Below the pieces are notes generated by a model. That model saw only the letters and a list, made by a program, of their open reading frames with translations, searched no databases and was not told the DNA's origin. Positions 49,680-62,100 of a stretch of DNA of 64,000 nt are shown here, one piece after another. The translations under genes and the position numbers were made by a program. Location of the stretch: the NCBI RefSeq assembly GCF_006345805.1, contig NC_042997.1:119536001-119600000 (forward strand), in the 5' to 3' direction. The stretch's first letter is position 1; each line of letters starts with the position of its first letter. This stretch comes from Octopus sinensis (lineage: Eukaryota).

Positions 49680-51115
49680 AACGTCACCCCACGCAACTGA
49701 AGAAATCTAACACCACTTTTCACCCAAATCAGGCAAAATTCTAGGTTCATAATACCTACTGAAGATTTTACCAAACTTCCTGCGCCATCTTAATGCAATG
49801 CAGAAGCAGTATATCTCAAATTTCAGCTTTCAAGTTTAAGTAGTTTAAGAGTTATAGAATTTTGAAGTTGTTACCCCTTAGGCCCTACTTTCAAAAATAT
49901 CCTCTTTGTCTCCTTGTTAATTCTGGACGCTAAAAACTTTGACTATATTAACTGCTTTTCAGAATAGAAGGTTTGCTGCCTTGATGCACAAGCACACATA
50001 CGTATACACACACATAGACACACACATTCTAAATATTCTTCCGAATAATGTGTATGTGTGTGTGAGCGCGTGCACGTGTGTGTTTGTGTATGCGAGTGCG
50101 TGTGCATGAGACTAAGTCAATGTATATTTGACAGAGTAGGAATATTTGTATGCTTTGCGGTTTAGCGGCATTTCGTCTGCCGTTACCTTCTGACTTCAAA
50201 CTCTGCCGTGGTTGACTTTGCTTTTCATCCTTTTGGGGTCGATTAAATAAGTACCAGTTACGCACTGGGGTCGATGCAATCGACTTAATCCCTTTGTCAG
50301 TCCTTGTTTATCCTCTCTTTGTTTAGCCTTCTGTGGGCAATAGAGAAATATGAAAATGTTTGTCGATTCGTCTCTTATAGCTGGGCAGATTTTTGGCTTA
50401 CTGGCCAAATGTTCAATGAAAATAATTATCAGAAGTTATGTGGTTGCCTGCAAGTTCATAAAAAAGCATTGAAATCTGTAAAAAAACCTATGTAGTCGAG
50501 AACGAAGCTGGAAATTCCCAGAAAAAATAATGTACAGAACGGACAATCAAGATCTTTATGATGTTTGTAAAAAGAATGAGAAACTTCAGCTTCAATTTAT
50601 TTTATCTAACAAAACATAATTTTTTTTACTCTGCTTAAAAATTTGCTAACATTCAGCACCCTTTTTCTTATAGTTATCGAAAATTGGTATTAAACCTATA
50701 AAGTTAAAAATGTGTATTGGTTTTTCATTTTCCAAATTATCGAATGCTTTTCGTGGCCCCTGTCTTAAAATTGTCTTGTTTTGAACCTTTGTTTAGAGCA
50801 ATTATAATTAAGTAATCTTTAAAATGTATAAATACTCTTTTATTCCACATCCCTCTTGCATTTACAAGGGCGTAAGCAGCGAAAATACTGAAGTGTCAAT
50901 CTAGTGTCACTTAGTGATTATAGTTTTAAGAGTCCATAACTCCGAAACTACTTCAATTAGAACGCTGAAATTGTAGATATATTATTCCTGCATTGCATTG
51001 AGTTAGCAAATGAAGTTTGGTAAAATCTCGAGAAGGCGTTATGAACCCCCACCTAAAATGTTGCATGATTTCAGTAAAACGTTTTGATAAATTTCTTAAG
51101 TTGAGGTGACGTTCC
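49680..51115. repeat. Old inverted repeat pair (~185 bp: 49680-49865 and 50925-51115), probable DNA-transposon/MITE ends
   Basis: aacgtcacc..aagaaat..gattttaccaaacttc..aatgcaatgcag..aatttcagc..aagtagttt.gagttat present in both orientations. Confidence 0.6.
50150..50350 (+). mobile_element. SINE family B single unit
   Basis: ttagcggcatttcgtctgccg..gactttgcttttcatcc..ggggtcgat..agagaaata matches the 52.3-52.9 kb units. Confidence 0.8.
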
Positions 51116-51239
51116 TTTCAAATATAGCAAAAGAAATATTAGGTTTCTAACATTTATAAAATTACTCAACGAATTAAAGTATAGTAGAAAATCCAGTGAA
51201 ATCTGTGAAAGTAGAGTCAGCACCATTGAAATCTACAAG

Positions 51240-51360
51240 TTTTTTTTATACTCTTTTTGTATATTTTCTCTTATTTGTTCTTTTGAAGAGCATACGATCA
51301 AAACGTAAAGGACATTTATTTCCCGACCGGTCTTTGTCTTTTGTTTTTCTATAAATTTCA
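51240..51360 (+). mobile_element. Degenerate solo pLTR of the 24.5-kb PLE family
   Basis: ttctTTTGAAGAGCATACGATCAAAACGTAAAGGA..tcccgaccggtctttgtcttttg is an eroded version of the 29.1-kb pLTR. Confidence 0.45.
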
Positions 51361-51366
51361 AATATA

Positions 51367-51435
<69 letters not shown>

Positions 51436-51470
51436 ATATATTATATATATATATATTTACATATATATAC

Positions 51471-51744
51471 AAGGTGTTTATAAGCCATTTAAGAAACACA
51501 CAAAAACCCTTAGATTCACTTCAGCACTTAAATTTAACTTGTCAAAATATTTTCATCGCCTTTAGAGCGCGCCCTCTCCACTGACAAAATTCCGTGCCGC
51601 ATCATTTAAATATTGAAGTGAATCTAAGGGTTTTTGTGTGTTTCTTAAATGGCCTATAAACACCTTCCACGCTGCAATTAATTTCGTTCCCGCACAGGAT
51701 CTCAGATCTCAGATCAGGTCACTTGCCATGCAAGTGCATCTCCG

Positions 51745-51745
<1 letters not shown>
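51471..51745. repeat. Fold-back element (53-bp arms, ~90-nt loop) flanked by (TA)n; family of 23543-23745
   Basis: Arms 51471-51523 and 51614-51666; the loop holds an HHR-like fold on the minus strand. Confidence 0.82.
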
Positions 51746-51796
<51 letters not shown>

Positions 51797-52344
51797 TAAA
51801 TTAGAGGTAAAAACCACTATAAGGCAAATCAAACCGTGAATAACATAAACTAAAACATAAAAATAAAAAGAATTAATATAATATACAAAATATTATATAT
51901 ATATATATATTATATATATATATATATACGTATATGTGTTCATTCAATAATCTTATGGATACATGTTAGCAGAAATACTCTATGAGTAATTATAATCGTA
52001 ATATGTTGGTATGGAAGAAACTTAAATTGCTCACATGAATACATACCCCATTATCGCTATTCATTTGAACGGCTTTGGAATCTGAAATGATAAATTTATC
52101 CCGAGGCAATTCTAATTTGGAATATAAAATATGTAATTAAATCGTGGCAGCTGTAATTGCAATTCCTCTGATATTCTACGACCTGAATCAATACGAAACA
52201 ATTTGAAAATACTGAGAACTTAGCATTTGTTATGGATTAGTCTTCAATCCAAATCGATCCAATATGTAATGAATGTGAGCTGCTAGAACTATCAAACAGG
52301 GAGTGATAAATTAAAGTAGCATATTAATTTCTAATCTAGGCACA

Positions 52345-52912
52345 AGGCATGGAATTTGGGGGGAAGGGGCCTGTCGATTAGATCGGCCCCAGTAAGCAAC
52401 TGGTACGAAAATTTATTGACCCCGAAAGGCAGACAATACAAAGTCGACCTCTGCAGAATTTGAACTTAGAACGTAACGGCAGACGAAATAACTATTTCTT
52501 TACAGCCCACAAGGGGATACACACAGATGGGACAATCAAGGACAGACAAACGGATTAAGTCGATTATATCGACCCTAGTGCGTAACTGGTACTTATATAA
52601 TCGACCCCGAAAGGATGAAAAGCAAAGTCAACCTCGGCGGAATTTGAACTCAGAACATAGCGACAGACGAAATACCTATTTCTTTATTACCCACAAAGGG
52701 CTAAACATGGAGGGGACAAACAAGGACGGACATAGGTATTAAGTCGATTACATCGACCCCAGTGCGTAGCTGGTACTTAATTTATCGACCCCGAAACGAT
52801 GAAAGGCAAAGTCGACCTCGGCGGAATTTAAACTCACTAAGTAACGGCAGACAAAATACCGCTAAGCATTTCGCCCGGCGCGCTAACGCTTCTGCCAGCT
52901 CGCCGCTTTGGT
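52345..52912 (-). mobile_element. SINE family B: one tRNA-like head followed by three tandem ~187-bp body units
   Basis: Minus-strand head GCGGCGAGCTGGCAGAAGCGTTAGCGCGCCGGGCGAAATGCTTAGC; each unit runs from GGTATTTYGTCTG through a B-box-like GAGTTYAAATTCC; units 1 and 2 end AAAGAAATA and unit 3 has a divergent tail. Confidence 0.85.
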
Positions 52913-54119
52913 AAAGTAACATATTAACAGGCAATTCCGTCCCACATACACGTATTCCGGGCTACGTATCGCTACATTTATGATTTACAATGAAATTCTC
53001 AGAACAGCTGTTTGTTTATGAATATGAAGTGATTATGATACGGTATTTCACCCGAACATTGTACGGTGCATCTTCTTACACTTAAAATATAGAATACTGA
53101 ATATTTCAGCTGTTTGTAATATATCTATTCACCAAGAAACACGACTCTATAAAACACAAACGAAAATATTTTATATTTCACCCGTTCTATCACTTTTACA
53201 ATATTGTCACCATCGCCAATCTAGCTGCAAGCTTTCTCATTTATCCTGCTCACGCTAAACACATGTCTCTCCTATTTTCTCTCTCAGTCGTAGTCCCACT
53301 GAAACCTTTATATATGCATTAATGCAACACTTCTCAATATATTGTTGCCTGGAGATTTCGGCTAATCTAGCACTAATTACCAAATTATTTCAATTGCTAT
53401 AATGATTTTAAGAATCGCCGCTTGTCTGACAAATGACAAATAATAAAATATGCCACATCAGACTAAATCCATTAGAAGCATATTTTTTTAGTTCTGCTCA
53501 AATGCTGGCAGTGACGCTATTAGTTGCCTTTTTATCGTGTCGTAGCTTTGCCATTGGGCATTCTTTGTATTTATTGGTGTCCATTTGATTAAATAAAGAT
53601 AATTCATACAAAAATTGTCTGTGCGACAAATCAAATGAAATCAATACAATAAACAAATCTGACACCTCAGTTTTAAGCATTTTCGAATTACCTCATAAAT
53701 ATATCTCTTTCCCAAATAACGGATCATTGAAAGCTAATAATGAACTAATGTTCTAAATGATTATAGCTGTATTTCATATGAGTCAACTTTGCATAAATCG
53801 AATGGAATTTGTGAATATTCATAATATCAGGCATAATTGTATAATTTCATAATTGTTTCAGACGCTTAAATTTAATCCGACTAGTTATTAAAATTGAGTT
53901 CCGGAAAAGGGTTCGACTTGCCACGTAACAAATTGGAATGTTTTGGCTTTTATAAAACTGGCATTTTGGAAAATTTGCTAAAAATACGAATCACGCCCCC
54001 TCGAAATACCCATAACATCTATGTAAAGAAAAAAGAATCGCAAAAAAATTTCTAATCATCGTGAAAAATAGTGTTCCTAATAATCATGTGTATCAAATAT
54101 ATTCGATAGATCAACAATA

Positions 54120-54515
54120 GGGGCAGGAGTGGCTGTGTGGTAAGTAGCTTGCTTACCAACAACATGGTTCCGGGTTCAGTTGCACTGCGTGGCAATTTGG
54201 GCAAGTGTCTCGGGCCTACCAAAGCATTTTGAGTGGATTTGGTAGGCGGAAACTGAAAAGAAGCCCGTCGTATATATGCATATGTATATATAGGTGTGTC
54301 TGTGTGTGTTTGTGTGTCTGTGTTTGTACCCACAACGTCGCTTGACAACCGATGGTGGTGTGTTTACATCTATGTAACTTAGCTGTTCTTCAAAAGACTC
54401 CGATAGAATAAGAACTAGGCTTACAAAGAATTAGTCCTGTGGTTGATTTGCTCGACTAAACACGGTGCTCCAGCATGACCGCTCTCAAATGACTGAAACA
54501 AGTAAAACCAAAGTA
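54120..54515 (+). mobile_element. SINE family A copy
   Basis: Same head, central microsatellite and tail. Confidence 0.88.
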
Positions 54516-54599
54516 ATAAAAATTTCCTTTTACACATTGCCGATCATAGGATCAGTCATCCTCAGCTCGAAAAGTTAATAAATGTAGTTTAATAAATAA

Positions 54600-56050
54600 T
54601 ACTAACAAGAGTAATACTAGTAATAACATACACAATAGTTCTAGAGCCCCGAATTATACTCAATATAACACTAGTTCAAGAGATAGCGTTATGGGAATAC
54701 ACAGAAATACTATAACATTAACTGGTTCTCAACAAACTTCCAATAATTACATATTGCAAACCACTAGACATGATAGGACTCTAGATAATCCAATACCACA
54801 ATCTAATATCAATAGTAATACGCAAACAGTGAATTTACCTAGCTCTCTTATAAATGATTATACATCAAATTCAACTATAACACTACACACCATAATAAAT
54901 AATCCTAATGTCATAAAAGCTAATACCACTGAACAAAAGCATATAACTAGATATTGCACATGTAAAAATAAGTCATGTCCTTTAGAAGGGAAATGTAGAA
55001 AGTTCAACCTTATATATAAATGTACTGTTACTAAAGCTGCTAACTCACATTGTAAGATATATATAGGGATGATCTCCATTAGCTTTAAAGAAAAATATTT
55101 AGCCCATATACGTTCATTTAAATCGAATATAAAGAACAACACTACCTCATTGGCTGCATATATACATAAACTCTCTGAAAAGATGTAAACTATAAATTAT
55201 CCTTCTCAATTATCGACTACGCTACACCATATACCCATTAATCTTCTATTTGTCGTCCATGACCTAAAGAACCGCTATACATATATTATCATATCAGCAA
55301 AATAATTTAATTAACTGTCAATCCACGTGTAGACATAGGTTTTATATAACTTTTAAACACTGTAAGAGATCATTAGGAAAAACTTCAAATTAATATTTTG
55401 TATTTTATATTGTACTATCATAATAAAATATCAAGATTATTGTATATAAAATAGTAAAAAAAAATTCTTAAAATTAAATTATTTAGAATCACGCACATAT
55501 ATTCACAAGACTTAGTTTATCCATTAAATAAATACTTAGAATTTATCCACTTGAAACTATACACTTTTAAAATATAGCTAATCGACTTTAAATATAATAC
55601 ATTAATTTAATCTATATCAAATCAATACACAACCAGATCTATCTAACTTTGCATAAAATATAAATTAATAATGGTATCTTCTGGTTTTATCTCAATAATA
55701 CTAAAAGCAAGAAATAATCCCTTTTATTATCTCGCATTTATGGATTACACACGGAAGAAGAAATGGATCATAGGAATTCTATCTTTTTACAGCCATCACT
55801 GATTTTCACCGCGCATTTTTACCATGGTTGTATTCTAAATTTTTAGAGATTTTGCTGTATACCAACTAATGTATAGGAATGCCAATAATATTTTAAACAT
55901 TTTCCTCATTCAATTTAAAGAGCAGATTCTTCATTCGATTTCCTCCACAGAAATGTATCCTTTCGACACGATTCTCTGATGAGTGGATATGCTTTCCAAC
56001 GATGCTTATCAATTTAGAGTTCATTTTAAGAGGAAATGTATTCAGGAAAC
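54600..56050 (+). mobile_element. Decayed PLE 3' part (Naiad-like GIY-YIG type) with eroded HHR-like motif near 55970-56035
   Basis: ORF 54691-55188: CTCKNKSCPLEGKCRKFNLIYKCTV..KIYIGM..FKEKYLAHIRSF..TSLAAYIHKL; downstream CRP*PKE and CRHR; tctCTGATGAGTGGA..TCCA..agag. Confidence 0.75.
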
Positions 56051-56311
56051 GACCGTAAGTACTTTTACACATTTTAAAACTTTTTTAATAATTATAGCTG
56101 TACTTTAATATATATATTAATAAAATATTACTAATATTATATACCTATTTTTATTACGATTTTTAAGATATATATATTCCACTATTTTACTCACTAATAT
56201 ATATATTCTCTCTCATGAATTTCTAAATATCGTAGCAATGCGTAGACAGGAGTTCATTGGGGATTACCCAAAATTGTCCCCCCTGAAAACCTGACTGTTT
56301 CATAATAATAA

Positions 56312-56394
<83 letters not shown>

Positions 56395-56396
<2 letters not shown>

Positions 56397-56926
56397 GCTC
56401 TCATGGCTCTTCATCTTAACTGATTGGAAGTGTTATCATGTATACTGTTTTGTCTTGGTATAAATGATGGGCTACAGCAAACATTCTGCTCAATACCGCA
56501 GAGTTGCTTGTCAGTTGTTTGACCTTAACCTGTTGAGCATGCCCCTTAGTGTCTGATGCTATGTGCATCTCTGATCATGAGCAGAAGTAGTGGTGGAGCA
56601 TCATAGCCATGTGTTGAGAGGGAATTTTTGGAGTTTGAGTAATTCAACTCTGGAAACATGGGTGTTTCATTCAACATCCTTAAACAACCCTTATTCAGGG
56701 ACCTTTTGAGCGGGATGGGCTACTCGACCAGAAGAAAAATTCTACCTGTGCCCCACATGCAAGGTCATGTGCTGTTTGTCTTGATATGAGATCATCATGT
56801 AGCGCACATATGGTTGTGATGCATGTGCCTGGTGTACCCTTATCAAACGGGTTGTTTGATGGGTATACTGGGCTGCGTATATTTTACCCCAGTGTAACTT
56901 TGATGGCACGCACTGCTCTCTCACTC
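56395..56926 (+). mobile_element. Repeat X copy (slightly 5'-truncated) between (AAT)n and (AAC)(AAT)n
   Basis: Homologous to 36618-37171; same 3' end. Confidence 0.85.
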
Positions 56927-56944
56927 AACAACAACAACAACAAC

Positions 56945-57029
<85 letters not shown>

Positions 57030-57039
57030 AGAAGAAGAA

Positions 57040-59030
57040 ATGCCTAGAAATGTATAAGATAACACCTACTCTGCGAAACTTTTTGTCTGTAAGTATGAGA
57101 TCATGGAGAACCCCACTAACTTTGAACAGTGACAATGAATCTCTAAATGCTGGTGATGTACAAATTTCGTGTGGCATTTTCCAGGGTGACTCACTATCAC
57201 CATTCCTCTTCTGTTTAGCCTTAATAGCTCTCTCAAAACTGCTCAATGATGCGTAGTACCGATATAAAATGTTTGATAAAAATATAAATCATCTCATTTA
57301 CATGGATGATTTAAAGCTCTTTGCAAAAAATGACCAACAATTCAAGGGCTTACTAACGATTGTCAAACAATTCAGTGAGGACATCAGAATGCAATTTGGC
57401 CTCGATAAATGTGCAAATGCTTCTTTTACCAAAGAAAAAATGACAGAAACATCTAACGTTAACCTTGACCAGCAGAATGTCATAAAAGAATTAGACCCAG
57501 CAGAGAACTACAAGTATCTAGGGATAATTGAAGGAGACGGAATAAGGCATTCAGAGATGAAGGAAAGGATCAGGAGAGAATGTTATCGCAGAGTAAGAGC
57601 AATACTCAAGACAGAGCTGAATGCGAGAAACAAGATCGAAGCGATCAATGCATTAGCCATACCAGTCGTGACTTACAGTTTCAATATCGTTAACTGGTCA
57701 ATTACTGAAATATGTTATCTTGACAGAAAAATACGAAAACTGTTGACAGTGCATAGAATGCACCACCCTAAGGCAGATACAGAACGAGTTTATCTGCCAA
57801 GAAAAGAGGGAGGCCGTGGACTTTTACAACTGGCAATAACAATGAAGATTGCTACAATTGGCCTAGACACCTACCTGAAAAACTCTGAGGACTGGATGTT
57901 AAAACTTTTCTCAAAACATGAAAACAAGAAAGCATCATACTCAGTAACAAAACAGGCAAAGGAATATCTAAGTGAATTCCGAATACAACAAATTTCGGAA
58001 TTAGAGATAGACATACAAGAAACAGGCACAGAAAAAGCTAAGCGCATGAAAATCCGTGCTAAATCTGCGGCCTTAGATATTCTGAATGATAAATGGCAAG
58101 AAAACCTCCCTATGTCAAATACCCAAAGAGAGCGAATAATGCAGATATTGACAAAGCCCTGACCCATCAATGGCTAATAGCCTCTGGCTTAAAATCTGAA
58201 ACAGATGGATTTATCATAGCAGCTCAAGATCAATGCCTACCAACAAGAAACTACCAGGCCAACATATTAAAGATCGGCAGTAGCCCAACATGTCCTGTAT
58301 GTCAGCAACAAAATGAAACCATTGATCATGTGGTATCCAAGTGCAGTCTTCTAGCGCCTACAGAGTATCTCAAAAGCAATGATAGAGCTGCACAATATAT
58401 TCACTGGGTAATCTGCAAAAACCTGGATTTGCCCCATGAAAAAACTGGTGGGAACAACCACCCCCCAGTGCTTGAAAATGACCACATGTCACTCCTCTGG
58501 AACTTTACCATTCAAACTGACAGAAAGATAGATGCAAATAGGCCAGGCATCATATTGAAAGACTTCAAACAAACAACATTCCTCCTCATTGATATGACTG
58601 TCCCAATCGATATAAACGTATCTGTCAAGACCTACCAAAAACTGAGCAAATATAAAGATCTTGAAATAGAAATCAGCAAAATGTGGAACCTGAAGACTAA
58701 AACAATACCTGTTGTCATAAGTGCCCAGGGAATGATAGCAAAAGGGGCTGATTGCTACCTAACTCAGATACCAGGAAACCCAAAACTGGCAGAAATTCAA
58801 AAGATAGTGCTCATGGGAACTGCTCATATCCTACGCAAAATACTTTCTATGTAATATCAAGGTTTAAAACAAACATTTTTTTGAAACATCCACTAGTACA
58901 ACACAAAAAACAACCAAATATATGGCACACTAGGCATAACAACAACGTGAACTTCCAACCTGTTGTCTCTTGAGGCCTCTGGGTGAGACTTGGAGCCAAC
59001 TTGTACAAATATAAAGCAAAAGTCAAACAT
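57040..59030 (+). mobile_element. 5'-truncated R4/Dong LINE (RT domains through RLE and 3'UTR), distinct subfamily
   Basis: GIFQGDSLSP, HLIYMDDLKLFAK, FGLDKCA, MHHPKADTERVYLPRKEGGRGL, LKSETDGFIIAAQDQ, CPVCQQQNETIDHVVSKC, IDM.VPID and KYKDLEIE. (AAT)/(ATT)n 5' and (AAT)n 3'. Confidence 0.95.
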
Positions 59031-59062
59031 ATAATAATAATAATATAATAATAATAATAATA

Positions 59063-59101
<39 letters not shown>

Positions 59102-59170
59102 GAACAGCGATAACAACAACAACCGGAATAATAATAATAACAACAACAGCGGCAACAACAACAACAACCG

Positions 59171-59214
<44 letters not shown>

Positions 59215-59215
59215 G
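59031..59215. repeat. (AAT)/(AAC) compound microsatellite
   Basis: Direct reading. Confidence 0.93.
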
Positions 59216-60239
59216 TAACGTGACGAACTTGTACAATACAAGCAAGCTCCGTGCCAATTTGGATTAAATCTATGATCATCGGTAAACAAGATTTAAGAAA
59301 CCTTTCAATATTTCTCTCATATTTAAAATATAGTTGCTGTTAGGCACGACGTCACAGAAAGACAAGTTTGTTAACATGTAAACAAGACGCGCAGATGCCT
59401 TTCGCCTTATCAATTTAAGCAATAGAATTTAAGCAATACGCGAGAAAAAACTGTACTAATAATTATAAGTGTATATGCAGTCTCATTTCTACACAAAGAC
59501 ACATAAATGTAATGTTTATTCGATTCACACATCCACTGGTACATTTCGTATATATGCAGACAACGAAGAACACACAAAGTTTAAACAAATTAAACGAGAT
59601 AAATAATAAGAAAATTGAATATAATATGTAACACGTCTCATTCTAAATATGACAAAAAATCATATATGCTCGGTGATAAAACTTCAAAAAGAAATAAAGG
59701 CGAAATTTTATCTGTGAGTTGGAGGCACTCGAGATAGGAGAACAATATAGCGAAAAACAAAACCTAAGCAGAACGGGAGACAGTTGAGAAGTGCATCGTA
59801 GTGCTATATGCATTTTACACTGCAAACTATACCCGGAAAACACAGGGGTAAGAAAAGAAACATCAAATATAGAGAAGAACGAATACTGATAGAATGGCAA
59901 ATATCTCGGAGAATGGTCTTGCAAATGTCCGGCGATATATTCTGCGAGAGGGAAAAGTGCACCAAACCGAAATAGACAAACTACTCACGGAAAATAAAAC
60001 AGCACACTTCATAACTCAAAATAGTTGGTAGCAATCATTTATTACATATGAATGCATTGATGAAGTTTTAATATTTAAATTCATAATAACCAAGATATTT
60101 GTTCCCTACTCTATAACTTGTCTATTGGCATCCTATGCACCCTAGTATAATGCAAGTTTTGCAAATTTCCTTCGCGTTCTTCTGAAGCATCTGTATTTGT
60201 GCCAAGAAGCAGTTGCCAGTACCTGGTGCACATTGGATT

Positions 60240-61873
60240 TTGCTTTCAGCTTCGACAGACTAAACAGTGTGCCGCTTGATCTGGTGTGGGAGTAGACACC
60301 ATCAGCTGATGTCCCAAACTTTGAAGGATCTTGGGAATAGGAAGTTCGCTAGCAGTCCCCAGCCGCAAGTATATCCCTGTTGGGAGAACGACTTGTTTGC
60401 CGTAGATTTTCAACAGACGCAGGGACAGGACAGGTTGAAGCCGCCGGTTGCCGGATCAGACGCTTCTGTTCACCAGAGCCCCGTTAGCCTGGTGCTGCCC
60501 TGATACCGCTGGGTGCCAGAACAATCCGCCTTGGGTGGCCCTGTAAGAATCCGAAGTCTCCGACGGCATATCTCTGACACTCCCGTTTCACCCCCTTACC
60601 ACGATGAGGTGATATATAATTACACATTTATTGGATGGCCGTTGACTCTCAAGAGTTCTCCCGCCCTTTGTCGGGTTTTGCTTTTCATCCCGCAGGGTGT
60701 CTAATAAACACCCTCCTTACCAAGCAAGCTTGGTGGGGTTGCCGGTTTAGTCGCCGACGGCCCGACCATGCAATAGGTTGTACCATGCAGGCAGATGGTA
60801 TCCCACCTAAACTTCTCAATTTTATCAAAGCTTATTACCGCTCAACGAGATCCCGCGTACGCGTGTATGGTGAATTGTCGGAATACTTCGAAATACGGTC
60901 TGGCGTTCGGCAGGGATGTGTTCTTTCGCCAACACTTTTCAATTACGCCATCGACTGGATCACCACAAATGCATTAAGGGAGTTCTCCGGTATCACTGTT
61001 GGTCACAACTTTTTCGTCAAGGATCTAGACTACGCAGATGACATTGCGATACTTGGTGAAACATTTGCTGACGTCCAGTTTGCTATCAATGAGCTCCAGC
61101 GTGTTGCATCGCAGATTGGTATGAAAGTCAATGCCCCGAAGACCAAAATCCTCACAGCTGGCTTTGCCCCACCAGACAAAACACCCATTGTTCTCAATGG
61201 TGATATTCTTGAAGAGGTTGAGAGTTTCAAATACCTTGGCGCCATCATCACAGGTACAGGTCAAGGTGAGGCTGACATTAAAACACGAATCGACCTCGCT
61301 CTCCAAGCCTTCAACCGACTCAGTGCACGACTCTGGTCAATATCTGAGATCCGACTTAACACCAAAGTACGGATCTACCAAGCACTAGTGGGAACGATTC
61401 TCCTTTACGGCAGCGAGTCATGGCCAATGAGGGTGGAAGATATTAAGCGACTAGAATCCTTCAATTACCTCTGTCTACGCCGCATCCTTCGTGTCCGATG
61501 GCATCACTTTGTCTCCAACAATTCGATGCGACACCAGTGCAGAATTACCTCCCTCCGACAAGTCATCCTAACGAGGCGTCTGCGTTGGTTGGGTCATGCC
61601 CTCCGTCGTCAACCAGGGAAATTCATCTACGAAGCAATTGCTCCAGCTCCCCTTCAGGGTTGGCGAAAGCGACGTGTTGGACAATGAAAAACCTGGCTGA
61701 TGACAGTCAAGGCTGATCTGGAACCCAACCTAGGCCCCCATATCGACAGCGTTCGCTGCTGGAATAAGGATTGGATGGAGATCACGAGGTCGTTAGCCTC
61801 AAATCGCCAGGCCTAGTCGGCGTTTGTGAGAGATGCAGCGTTGAGGATGAATGAAGCCAGCCCGGGTGAATGC
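60240..61873 (+). mobile_element. RTE-clade LINE 1: inverted putative 5'-UTR segment (60240-60772, minus) joined to sense RT/3' end (60782-61873)
   Basis: Sense part has a long open RT frame; 3' end GAAGCCAGCCCGGGTGAATGC then (GAA)n. The inverted part is GC-rich and begins GGCCGTCGGCGACTAAACC on the minus strand; its assignment to the same element is inferred. Confidence 0.8.
60782..61687 (+). CDS. RTE reverse transcriptase fragment (5'-truncated, open frame)
   Basis: GIPPKLLNFIKAYY, SGVRQGCVLSPTLF, LDYADDI, KVNAPKTK, FKYLG, LLYGSESW and RRLRWLGH. Confidence 0.9.
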   Translation, partial: TMQADGIPPKLLNFIKAYYRSTRSRVRVYGELSEYFEIRSGVRQGCVLSPTLFNYAIDWITTNALREFSGITVGHNFFVKDLDYADDIAILGETFADVQFAINELQRVASQIGMKVNAPKTKILTAGFAPPDKTPIVLNGDILEEVESFKYLGAIITGTGQGEADIKTRIDLALQAFNRLSARLWSISEIRLNTKVRIYQALVGTILLYGSESWPMRVEDIKRLESFNYLCLRRILRVRWHHFVSNNSMRHQCRITSLRQVILTRRLRWLGHALRRQPGKFIYEAIAPAPLQGWRKRRVGQ

Positions 61874-61874
61874 T

Positions 61875-62100
61875 AGAAGAAGAAGAAGAAGAAGAAGAAG
61901 AAGAAGAAGAAGAAGAAGAAGAAGAAAAAGAAGAAGAAGAAGAAGAAGAGGAAGAAAAAGAAGAGAAGAAGAAGAAGAAGAAAAAGAAGAAGAAAAAGAA
62001 GAAGAAGAAGAAGAAGAAAAAGAAGAAGAAAAAGAAGAAGAAGAAGAAGAAGAAGAAGAAGAAGAAGAAGAAGAAGAAGAAGAAGAAGAAGAAGAAGAAG
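61875..62100. repeat. (GAA)n microsatellite between two RTE elements
   Basis: Direct reading. Confidence 0.97.
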
